In this document: piece after piece, positions 39,301 to 47,079 of the stretch
Position numbering within the stretch: position 1 is the first letter of the stretch
How the letters are laid out: each line of letters opens with the position of its first letter
Virus record (IMG/VR): IMGVR_UViG_3300036712_000025
Source of the DNA: an uncultured virus (IMG/VR IMGVR_UViG_3300036712_000025)
Lineage: Duplodnaviria > Heunggongvirae > Uroviricota > Caudoviricetes
Length of the DNA stretch: 64,000 nucleotides
Direction: 5' to 3' (one strand)
Position numbers and translations under genes: made by a program
The notes under the pieces: generated by a model
Seen by the model: only the letters and a program-made list of their open reading frames with translations
What the model was told of the DNA's origin: nothing
Database searches by the model: none

Positions 39301-40016
39301 CGGGAGACGTCATCGCGGAAGGGGAGACGATCGCCCAGTTCGCCCCGCTCAGCGGAGGGGTTGAGGTAGAGGACTGGGAATCTGCAGCCCTATGGATGAA
39401 GAAGTACGTCTCTCAGGGCAAGTTCCACGAGCTCAACAAGTTCTTCCGCTTCCTGGTGCGGGCAGATGTGGATACGTTCAACTTGACCAACCTGGTGTTC
39501 GCGGTGGACTTCGTGAGGAAGATCAAGCCGACGTACACCTACCCGCTGTTCGTACTCCTCAAGAACCTCCCGCCGTCCGAGGTGGACGTCACGGACGAGG
39601 TCAACCTCATCGTCCACCTGAGCCTGTTCGATACGTTCTGCCCGGACGAGCCGGGGTCGTACAGGTGGGACGACTCGGACGAGTCCGGCAACTGGAACCA
39701 CACCTACGATGAGATACCGCCCCCACCGCGGTTCCTCTTCGACACGCATCGGTTGTGCCCGGACGAGTACGTGTGGGTGCACATCTCGTACATCCACCCT
39801 GGTGGGGCAGGGTGGTTCTTTGATACGATCTGGGCTTATGATGACGGTGGAGGTGCTGACTTGCTGCCGCTAAGTGGTCCAGATCATCTGCCTCCGGCCC
39901 CCTATGGGCCGCTGGTCGGGACGATCTACTACGATGCTGGCAGTCCGACGGTGCCGCCGTTGGGTGGCAGCGTGGTGGCGGGGACGTACCACCGTGAGCG
40001 GATCATCGAACCGTAG
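36393..40016 (+). CDS. Baseplate-associated protein with split PKD-like domain
   Basis: NRRPIADPGADQ...DGRNSYDPEEAPLTYDW ... PDKAGLYVVQLVVNDG; C-terminal YLSAVRGLW...ILLGLP...IKPTYT wedge-like motifs. Confidence 0.7.
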   Translation: MPVTYSFVTTLNLPTGTDFDCMDCRDACIPNVLLLDEVTASRGVPHFDFDAYDDLVIYSDDGVPSTLLFDLALQSDHTFETQFKPSSLPEDLAQLDKYRFFIGTFDKQDNASGILISRTGIALMAVFGTSALVLPGSQDIFEEGEDYYTLRLVVEGTRNLLHVYITKTDDLPTTGHILRYTSAAPVPPEGTTVDSIKIEILGNALKTVRGKFTSFRAACTSALIPNRRPIADPGADQTANVGSAVTHDGRNSYDPEEAPLTYDWALKDAPDGSRFKSSGTSGSTSDDGDADGFTTIFNGGTDAFSVDNMPLLQPGDHLMVEGVLYKVSTDRWVLDTATGRYSRNEGVTWDDDEVVVEEETIPDNYSDVTWDVYHSDTYFSDRAGSFPSAIPDKAGLYVVQLVVNDGELDSFAAEAILNVSQVSTAMGCIPDVSWIWNSLSDFWNLLEDREIVETVWSGFAQACAAQLLTAWQIDYNKSLIDIQRVFQRRWLSYSTLLDQEDLDTATIRVIRGPIFSDDIAGGANITGKSLQLVLDNGNVEEVTFPSSSFTDPVPASDIAGRINSVMGFVGAVVPLASAVTVGAAEYLKLEYATLLQIRPNGTANTVLGFSTAAYEQNDLAGADGGIIEVTKVNAFTTIDVSTPAGPHDPPALDLESEGIQMDDLLVWDGESYRIQKVATDTATSTKRGLSMKDPLPDSGSASPPPYPDANPWLIPSIVVSEDLDFEEEQVTGGDLARFEVKHTTTLVVTEVLCEIVGVRGYHIGFDPAPLLRAYAGTPGDYRTYFLGVKRINNIPVDDLVVEIPRLQEVIKNPTTTLEENTDYLINEDSEERNAIRFRDGTFSLTDPPPDLLWAEVTYLDNRPTIEANFGHLVNFKVEDLDTRTDDLDYLSAVRGLWWAYFGGPALQKVKVGTQILLGLPFSEAEGTILSIEPNFSATEGRIVIQDLADENIVRTYFYPLDAGLAVNDETGDVIAEGETIAQFAPLSGGVEVEDWESAALWMKKYVSQGKFHELNKFFRFLVRADVDTFNLTNLVFAVDFVRKIKPTYTYPLFVLLKNLPPSEVDVTDEVNLIVHLSLFDTFCPDEPGSYRWDDSDESGNWNHTYDEIPPPPRFLFDTHRLCPDEYVWVHISYIHPGGAGWFFDTIWAYDDGGGADLLPLSGPDHLPPAPYGPLVGTIYYDAGSPTVPPLGGSVVAGTYHRERIIEP

Positions 40017-40027
40017 GAGCTGGCCGA

Positions 40028-40717
40028 ATGTTCGTAGACATCGTCGAAGCCAAGACCAACGTCAGGATCATCGCCCGAGACGAGCGGCACAAGAAGGTCC
40101 CCAAGCTGTGCCGTGAGGTCCACAACGTCTGGGTCAACATCGGCCGGCAGTACCTCGCCGAGGTGATCTCCCCGCTGGACGGGGCCTTCGCTGCCCACTA
40201 CAACGACTCCCCCGTGAGGGTCGTCCGGTATATGGCGCTGGGAATCGGCGGTGATTCTCAGCTCTTGGCGCCTGGAACATTCCCGACCCTGGACTCCCAC
40301 TACCCCGGCCAGAACACCTACGACGACACGCTCATCACGACCAACTACCTCGAGCGGCCGATCAAGGTGACGGGGACGGCAGGGACGGGGACAGCGCCAG
40401 GCGTCTGGATGAACAGCGTCACCGCGCCGCCGACCTTCGGAGGAACGCCGATCACGAAGGTGGAGTTCGACTGTTTGTTCGACTACACCGACTGCCAGCT
40501 CGGAGGCGCCTACCCCTCCATGCCGCTGTCGGAGGCCGGGCTCATGCTCTCCAGCGAGCAGGCGAGCCGCCTGTCGAACGAGGTCTACTCCTACGCCAGC
40601 CCGCCGGACTACATCAACACCTCGACCAGGCAGAAGCTGTTGGCGTACAATACTTTCGATACGATCAGCAAGACTGTTTCGGTTGCCCTGGAGATCCACT
40701 GGGAGATCCAGTTCTAG
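40028..40717 (+). CDS. Tail/baseplate structural protein
   Basis: HNVWVNIGR...YMALGIGG...LSEAGL...TFDTISKT...IHWEIQF pattern typical of fiber-attachment proteins. Confidence 0.65.
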   Translation: MFVDIVEAKTNVRIIARDERHKKVPKLCREVHNVWVNIGRQYLAEVISPLDGAFAAHYNDSPVRVVRYMALGIGGDSQLLAPGTFPTLDSHYPGQNTYDDTLITTNYLERPIKVTGTAGTGTAPGVWMNSVTAPPTFGGTPITKVEFDCLFDYTDCQLGGAYPSMPLSEAGLMLSSEQASRLSNEVYSYASPPDYINTSTRQKLLAYNTFDTISKTVSVALEIHWEIQF

Positions 40718-40726
40718 GAGACGAAG

Positions 40727-43700
40727 ATGACGCTTCCGCACCCACACGGCAATGCTTCCGGCGAGATCGGGCACAACTCGATCTACGACACCGGAGTGAC
40801 CCCTGGATCTACCGGTGGCAAGTTCATCGGATTCGGTGAGGAGGGGACTAGCTCTGTTGGAAACCGGGCTCACTGGGCGCTCTCCGAGAACATCGACTAC
40901 GTCTACCAGATCTTGGCGTCAGACATGGCCCTGCCCGCCGGCGCGTCGTTTACGGCGATCAACCAGGGCGGGGGCGGCCAGCTCAAGTACCAGATCGCGG
41001 ACGACGTGTGGGTGGGCGACGCCACCTATCCAGGCTCGGCAGGCACGTCCGACCCGGAGGGCATGCTCATGCTCTTCGCGGTCCTGGACGATCAGTACAA
41101 CGAGCTGACAGACGGGAGCGGCAACGAGGTCCGGGTGAAGTTGGTCCGGGACTCCACCGAGGTCAACGACGTCTACCAGGGCGGCAGCCCGTTCATCGAC
41201 AACTTCATCACCAACCCCTACGTCTACTTCCACACCGTGGACCCGAGCACCGGCGCGGAGGTCGACGCGTCCTACGACATCCCCACCGGCACGGCCGTGC
41301 GTATCCTCTACCCCAAGAAGGGGAACATGGAGAACCTGCCGGCGGACGCCTTCACGCGCTACAAGGTGCAGTCGGCGACCGAGGTGGAGGCCGGAGCCTT
41401 CCTGCAGGATGGTTCCAAGAAGATGACGGGGGATGCGGACTGGGACAGTCACAGCATCCACAACGTGATCGAGATCCGTGGAGTCAGCGGGTTCGATCTG
41501 TCGCTGACAGGCATCAACGATGACGTGTGGCTGGTAGCCGACTCCGCAAACGTCATCTTTCGGGACCAGAACACCAGTCCGGGCGGTGTCAAGTTCAGCC
41601 AGACGGGGGAGGGAGCGCCCTACAACCCGACCGGGTCCTACAACAACAGCGTGCTCGGGGCTCTGAACAGTCAGATCAAGGGCTCGGAGATCTTGCGCGG
41701 GAACCGCGCCCTCAACAGGACAGGTGCGTTCAGCTCCAGCACCGTGGGCCCAAGCCTGAACTACCCGACCCTGGACATGCTGGTGAACGGCGAGACCATC
41801 CAGGTCGCCGCCGGCAACGTCGACCTGTCCTTCGTCGGCACTGGCAACGTCTACGTCTTCTACAACCCGGGGGCCGATGCGGTGCAGGGCCTGCAGACCT
41901 TCTTCCCCAGCTCACTGCCTACCGGGGCCGTCATGCTGTGGAAGGGGTACTGGAGCGGCTCCGCCTGGTCCAGCGAGTACGATCTCCGCTGGCCGTCGAA
42001 TCGTCAGGGAACGCATGAGGCGTGGTTCGTGGGCGACGGCGTCGGCGCCGACTTCTCGGACATCAACCTGCTGGCCATTGTCCTGAACCAGGGACTGGAC
42101 CAGGTTGGTGCGGAGGACCTCCACAAGTCTCACGAGATCGTGGTGTGCGGGGAGGCTGCGGTCACCTCCACCTTCAACCTCCCGACGGGGTGGACCCTCC
42201 GCGGACTGGCCACCAAGGGGTCTGGTGACAAGATCAAGACGGATGTCGCCTTCACTGCGGCCAGCAATGTCATCTCTACTGGCCAGGACTGCACGGTGAA
42301 GGACCTGGAGATCGAATGGGCGCAGACGTCTGCCCATCAGTCCTCCACCTATGCGGCGATCTACGCGGGGATGAGCAGCATCGTCGAGAATATCAAGTTC
42401 ACCGACGGCAGCTTCAGCTTCAGGACGTGTGTCTGGTCCGGGGGCAATGTCAGGATCCGCAACTGCGACATGAGCTTCTGCTCGTATCGGGGGTACGGGA
42501 TCGAAACGGGTGGCTATGACCGCATCACGGACTGCCTGCTCGGGCCGTTCAGTACGGCAGCTGTCGGCTGTGTCCACTTCGGCAATGCGGGCAACGTGCT
42601 CGACGGGGGCACGGTCTCGTTCACTGGGCCCTCGAGCCGGTTCTTCTACGTGGGGGGCATCGCCAACTCGATCCGAAATGTCGTGGGCGTGCATTTCGGG
42701 TTGGGTCCTGCCCCCTTCATCCAGCTCTACGACAGTGGGGGTGGTGGTGTGGCGGTCACGGTAGAGAACTGCAGCGTGGTGAACGGGTACCGCTTCATCA
42801 GCTCGGCGCTCAACAATGCCTCGTTGGTGGTTCAGGTCCGCGCCAGCGGCAACTTGATCCAGGACATGGCCAGTACGGTCTTCGACTTCAACAACACGGC
42901 CGTGGGCACGGAGTCGGCTTTCATCATCAAGGACAACCTCATCGATGGCACCGTCGCTGGCTACGTGCTCTACGCCAACTACTGCGGTTGGGCGGAGTTC
43001 TGCGGCAACATGGTCGTCAACAACACTGCGTCCGGTGTACGTATTTTGCCCGGCACCGGGGCACTGATCGACGGGAACTACGTCGAGGGGTATGGCTCCG
43101 GCAATGCCGTCCGCATGAGCGGAGACCCAAGTACTGTCTGCAACAACATCATCAGCGATGTTGGTGCACCCGTCAGCATACAGGTGAGTGCGGAAAGCTT
43201 CGGCAACAAGATCGTCAACAACTACCTACAGGGCGGCGCCAACGGGGAGACGGGGATCGCGATCAACCAAGCGATGTGCACCGTACAGAGCAATATACTC
43301 TCGGGCCATGGTCGTCGCGGAGTGTGGGTGCATGGTGACGGAAACGGTGCGAAGGTCGACGGCAACGTCTTCTACGATGTGGGTGCCAAAACCGATACCT
43401 ATGGGACAGTGGGACCGTGGATCATCGCCGAGGCGGTGGTCTTCCTGGAGTCCAACATCTCAACGCTGCTTCAGATCTCCGTCTCGAACAACCACTTCAC
43501 CGGCTGCTACGCGCGCGGGATTGTCACCGGTCCTCGTACCGGGACTCCGGGGGTGCGTGGCCTGGTCATCGACGGCAACGTCTTCTACGATTGTTTCGGC
43601 GGCTACATGTGGAACAACGGTGGGGTAGGAGATCTGACCGAGGAGGGGATGATCCGCGTGGAGAATGGTAGCGGGGCAGCTACCGGCAACGTCATCTCCA

Positions 43701-44326
43701 ACAACAGCATCGTCCATTGTGGGCATGGGTCGTGGTGGGCAGCCACCACGAAATACTGGGTCGGTATCCATGCTGGGGCCAACGTCGCGGTTGTTGCCAA
43801 CAACAACATCGACAACATGGTTGGTGGGCACGACCCCAGCTACGTCACAGAGGGCGTGGCCGGCATCGATGTCACAGAGCTCGCGGTCGTCACGGGCAAC
43901 GTCATCCTCAAGTCGGTGTGGACCGAGGCAGCGTACAACTACGACGGCATCGTCGTCACGGGTACCGGGTTCGGGATCGTATCCAACAACCTCGTTTACA
44001 CGGATGGGACCGCTCCCTTCTCCATGGGTGGGAATCGCGCCTTCCTCTTCGGCAGCAATACCCTGATCAACTGCATCGGCAACTTCGTTCTGGGGGACGT
44101 TGTCAACTACGCCACCTTCAACTATGCGTACAACACCTCCAGGAGCGGTGCTACGGCTGGCATAGAGATCGGGAATTACGCCTGGTCCGGCACCTGCTCG
44201 ATGGGCGGCACCAACATCCTGGTGATGGGGAACATCCTGGATGACCTCGTTTACGGTCTCACAATCACCGGGTTGCCGACAGCCTACACCGCCAGCCCAG
44301 TCGCTGACTGGAACTTCAAGATCTAG
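40727..44326 (+). CDS. Tailspike/receptor-binding protein with parallel beta-helix (pectate-lyase-like) repeats
   Basis: Many I[DS][GN]N.[FI] repeats in the C-terminal half; N/G-rich; last large gene of the tail block. Confidence 0.8.
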   Translation: MTLPHPHGNASGEIGHNSIYDTGVTPGSTGGKFIGFGEEGTSSVGNRAHWALSENIDYVYQILASDMALPAGASFTAINQGGGGQLKYQIADDVWVGDATYPGSAGTSDPEGMLMLFAVLDDQYNELTDGSGNEVRVKLVRDSTEVNDVYQGGSPFIDNFITNPYVYFHTVDPSTGAEVDASYDIPTGTAVRILYPKKGNMENLPADAFTRYKVQSATEVEAGAFLQDGSKKMTGDADWDSHSIHNVIEIRGVSGFDLSLTGINDDVWLVADSANVIFRDQNTSPGGVKFSQTGEGAPYNPTGSYNNSVLGALNSQIKGSEILRGNRALNRTGAFSSSTVGPSLNYPTLDMLVNGETIQVAAGNVDLSFVGTGNVYVFYNPGADAVQGLQTFFPSSLPTGAVMLWKGYWSGSAWSSEYDLRWPSNRQGTHEAWFVGDGVGADFSDINLLAIVLNQGLDQVGAEDLHKSHEIVVCGEAAVTSTFNLPTGWTLRGLATKGSGDKIKTDVAFTAASNVISTGQDCTVKDLEIEWAQTSAHQSSTYAAIYAGMSSIVENIKFTDGSFSFRTCVWSGGNVRIRNCDMSFCSYRGYGIETGGYDRITDCLLGPFSTAAVGCVHFGNAGNVLDGGTVSFTGPSSRFFYVGGIANSIRNVVGVHFGLGPAPFIQLYDSGGGGVAVTVENCSVVNGYRFISSALNNASLVVQVRASGNLIQDMASTVFDFNNTAVGTESAFIIKDNLIDGTVAGYVLYANYCGWAEFCGNMVVNNTASGVRILPGTGALIDGNYVEGYGSGNAVRMSGDPSTVCNNIISDVGAPVSIQVSAESFGNKIVNNYLQGGANGETGIAINQAMCTVQSNILSGHGRRGVWVHGDGNGAKVDGNVFYDVGAKTDTYGTVGPWIIAEAVVFLESNISTLLQISVSNNHFTGCYARGIVTGPRTGTPGVRGLVIDGNVFYDCFGGYMWNNGGVGDLTEEGMIRVENGSGAATGNVISNNSIVHCGHGSWWAATTKYWVGIHAGANVAVVANNNIDNMVGGHDPSYVTEGVAGIDVTELAVVTGNVILKSVWTEAAYNYDGIVVTGTGFGIVSNNLVYTDGTAPFSMGGNRAFLFGSNTLINCIGNFVLGDVVNYATFNYAYNTSRSGATAGIEIGNYAWSGTCSMGGTNILVMGNILDDLVYGLTITGLPTAYTASPVADWNFKI

Positions 44327-44335
44327 GAAGGCAAG

Positions 44336-44701
44336 ATGGACAAGATCACGTCGATCATGGCGAGCTGGGAGGCTTTCCTCCTGGCGTTCGCGGCGTTCGC
44401 CGTCATCGGCGTGCTGCGCCAGGTGGGGACCCGCAAGGACAAGAAGGGCAACGTCACGGGCGGGTGGGCGCAGAGCAGGCCCTTCAAGATGCTCCTCCCG
44501 GTCTACCCCTACGTGCTGACGGTCGGGGCGGTGTTCATCCCAGGGATCCCCATCCCGGAGAAGGTGGGGGTGGCAATCGGGGCCAAGATCTTGTTCGCTC
44601 TCTGGTGCGGCTGGCTCTCGGACAAGGCGTTCGAGATCGTCAAGCGGGTGCTGGAGAAGGGCTTCAACATGAAGTTCGGTGCCGACAAGAACGGGAAATG
44701 A
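44336..44701 (+). CDS. Putative holin (about 3 TM segments)
   Basis: Three hydrophobic segments, basic C-terminus, located after the tailspike. Confidence 0.6.
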   Translation: MDKITSIMASWEAFLLAFAAFAVIGVLRQVGTRKDKKGNVTGGWAQSRPFKMLLPVYPYVLTVGAVFIPGIPIPEKVGVAIGAKILFALWCGWLSDKAFEIVKRVLEKGFNMKFGADKNGK

Positions 44702-44787
44702 CCAAGCTTGCCGCCATTCGTTTCTACTACTTCCTGGACGAGATGGAGAAGATCGCCCAGGAGACGGCCAACCCGCAGGCGGCGTGA
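44698..44787 (+). CDS. 29-aa tag-only micropeptide MTKLAAIRFYYFLDEMEKIAQETANPQAA
   Basis: ATGA overlap with the holin stop; fills the gap to the next gene; carries the full tag. Confidence 0.7.
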   Translation: MTKLAAIRFYYFLDEMEKIAQETANPQAA

Positions 44788-44797
44788 GGTGTCACTG

Positions 44798-45121
44798 ATG
44801 AAGAAGGTCTGGGCCTGGCTAAAGAAGAACTGGAAGTGGCTGCTGCTGCCCTTCTGGATCTTGTCGCTCGTCCTGGTGTGGTTCCTCAGCGGGGGCCGCA
44901 AGACCTTCTTCCCGCCCTCCGGTACCACGGACGAGGCTGCTGACCAGGTCGTGGCCGAGAAGGACGCTGCCCTGGCTGAGTTCCGGGCGAAGCTGGACGA
45001 GCTGTACCGCAGGACCGAAGAGCGGATGCAGTCTGCCTCCGAGGAGCAGGTGAAGGAGCTCAAGGAGCTGAAGGACAAGCCACTAGACGAGGTAGCCAAA
45101 TGGATCGACTCGCTGTCATAG
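44798..45121 (+). CDS. Putative inner-membrane spanin-like protein
   Basis: GAGGT RBS and ATG at 44798; MKKVWAWLKKNWKW, one TM segment, coiled coil. Confidence 0.6.
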   Translation: MKKVWAWLKKNWKWLLLPFWILSLVLVWFLSGGRKTFFPPSGTTDEAADQVVAEKDAALAEFRAKLDELYRRTEERMQSASEEQVKELKELKDKPLDEVAKWIDSLS

Positions 45122-45894
45122 AAGAGTTCGCCAAGCTCGGTGGTTACATGAGCCGGGAGCGGAGGGAGAGCTTGCCCTCCAAGGCCTTCGCTGTGCCGGA
45201 GAGCAAGGCGAAGAAGATCGGAGTGGGCGGGGAGATCCAGGGCGAGGCCAAGGGAAAATACCCCGTCCCAGACGAGAAGCATGCCCGCAACGCGCTGGCC
45301 CGCGTGTCGCAGCACGGCACCCCGGCCGAGCGGGAGGCGGTGCGGAACAAGGTCTACTCGAAGTACCCCGGCCTGCGTGAGGGCTTCGAGGAGCGCCACG
45401 GCGAGAGTCCCACCTCGAAGAAGAACGTCAAGAAGGTGGAGCAGGGTGGCATCGGCAAGGGTGGGTGCATGGGCACGAAGATGGCCATGCTCTCTGCGTT
45501 CTACGACGAGCTGGAGAAGGTCGGGGCCGCTGGCCTCACTCCGGAGGAGTTGGAGAAGTTCGCCGGGGTATTCGAGCGTCTCGGTCTGCTCACCCAGCGT
45601 GGTGCTGGGCGGGCTGGTGGTGCACTGAAGCGGGGGTACGAGAGTGCCCAGGTCGGCGTGGGCAACATCATGTCCGGGCACCACGGCCACGGGATCGAAC
45701 ACGCGATGCAGAAGATCCCCACCGGTTCGCCCAGCAAGATGCTCATGGCCTACGCCGGAGACCCACACGTTCAGAAGGCGGTAGCCGGTCACGTGTCCAG
45801 AGGCGCTCAGGCTGTCGGCCGTGGGGCGCAGCGGATGGGGCGTAAGATCCGTGAGGCCGTCACGCCGGCCCCGCAGCCAGCATTCGCGAGGTAG
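45100..45894 (+). CDS. Multi-module tagged protein with DUF6582-like domain
   Basis: EEFAKLG; RESLPSKAFAVP...KYPVPDEKHARNALARV; TKMAMLSAFYDELEKVG; EELEKFA. Confidence 0.8.
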   Translation: MDRLAVIEEFAKLGGYMSRERRESLPSKAFAVPESKAKKIGVGGEIQGEAKGKYPVPDEKHARNALARVSQHGTPAEREAVRNKVYSKYPGLREGFEERHGESPTSKKNVKKVEQGGIGKGGCMGTKMAMLSAFYDELEKVGAAGLTPEELEKFAGVFERLGLLTQRGAGRAGGALKRGYESAQVGVGNIMSGHHGHGIEHAMQKIPTGSPSKMLMAYAGDPHVQKAVAGHVSRGAQAVGRGAQRMGRKIREAVTPAPQPAFAR

Positions 45895-45896
45895 TC

Positions 45897-46193
45897 ATGG
45901 CGGCGAAGGTCTTCTACTTGGTCAGGTTCGAGGACCCCACCGGGACATCCGGTGAGGGCATCGTGGCTGAGGGCATCCAGTTCTCCCAGGGCGATGCGAT
46001 GGTCAAGTGGAAGGGGGACTACCCGTGCTTCCACTGGTGGCCCAAGGGCTGGCAGCACACCAGTTTGATCCACGGCCACGGAGGGAAGAGCAAGGTCGTC
46101 TGGGCTGATGATGACGGCCCGCCTCCGGAAGCGCCGGGGATCGACATCGCCGAGGACCTCACACCGGAACCCGATGATGCTGAAGAGAGCTGA
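45897..46193 (+). CDS. Conserved-type phage hypothetical protein
   Basis: FYLVRFEDPTGTSGEGIVAEGIQFSQG...W...IHGHGGKSKVVW pattern. Confidence 0.75.
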   Translation: MAAKVFYLVRFEDPTGTSGEGIVAEGIQFSQGDAMVKWKGDYPCFHWWPKGWQHTSLIHGHGGKSKVVWADDDGPPPEAPGIDIAEDLTPEPDDAEES

Positions 46194-47079
46194 ACCACCA
46201 CCTCCAGAAGGGTGGACCGCCAAGGAGTGGGACAAGCACCTGAACCGGAAGGAGAAGAAGGGCTTCTACGGGACCCTCTACCCCAACGCCGGAGAGAAGC
46301 TGTCCGAGTTCGACGATACGATCTTCAGCGAGGACCCGACACGCATGATGCCCAGGCTCCGGCAGATCCACAAGCTGGGCTACACGCTCCAGGGACACGA
46401 CGATGTCCAGGGGCTCCGCGTCGCCATCGAGAACCGCAAGGGATCTGTCCGCAAGGGGACCGATTCTGACGGCAACGAGTGGCGTACCAAGATGAAGTAC
46501 CCCTACGGCTACCTAGTTGGTACCAAAGGTGCGGATGGGGAGCCTGTGGATTGCTACGTCGGTCCGGACAAGGAGGCACCGGCCGCCTTCGTGGTCCATC
46601 AGCACAAGGACACTGGGAAGGGCTACGACGAGGACAAGGTCATGCTCGGCTTCCCGTCCAAGAAGGCGGCGAAGGAGGCGTATCTCATGCACTATGATGA
46701 CCCCAAGTTCTTGGGACCAATGGCGAAAGTCTCCATGGACCGCCTCCGGGAGCTGGTAGCCAGCAAGAAGAGGCTGGTCAAGATCTCCCACGTCCAGGGG
46801 CAGGCTCTGATGGAAGAGCTGATGGCCATCCAGAAGACCGCCCAAGGCACCCCTGACGTCGTCAGGCAGCGCGAGAGGGGTAAGCTGATACGGAAGGCCG
46901 GTCCGGGCATCGGGGGCCTCCTGGGGGCCGGTGTGGGTGCTCTGGTGGGCGCTCGGAGGGGCCAGCTGCTGAAGGGCACCATCGCCGGCCTGGGGACTGG
47001 AGCCACCCTGGGGTGGGTGCCCGACATGTACCACAGCGCCCGAGAGGCCATCCATCGGTACAGGAGCAAGGTCCAATGA
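46174..47079 (+). CDS. Tagged protein with inorganic-pyrophosphatase-like (InPase) domain and C-terminal glycine zipper
   Basis: IENRKGSVR...YGYLVGTKGADGEPVDCYVG...YDEDKVMLGF...AKEAY; LMEELMAIQKTA; GGLLGAGVGALVG. Start placed at ATG 46174 (uncertain). Confidence 0.75.
   Translation: MMLKRAEPPPPEGWTAKEWDKHLNRKEKKGFYGTLYPNAGEKLSEFDDTIFSEDPTRMMPRLRQIHKLGYTLQGHDDVQGLRVAIENRKGSVRKGTDSDGNEWRTKMKYPYGYLVGTKGADGEPVDCYVGPDKEAPAAFVVHQHKDTGKGYDEDKVMLGFPSKKAAKEAYLMHYDDPKFLGPMAKVSMDRLRELVASKKRLVKISHVQGQALMEELMAIQKTAQGTPDVVRQRERGKLIRKAGPGIGGLLGAGVGALVGARRGQLLKGTIAGLGTGATLGWVPDMYHSAREAIHRYRSKVQ

Noticed and set aside
44693..44699. GGGAAAT as a slippery site at the end of the holin-like gene
   Set aside because: Read as GGG AAA TGA, the wrong register for tandem -1 slippage; ATGA coupling explains the next ORF.
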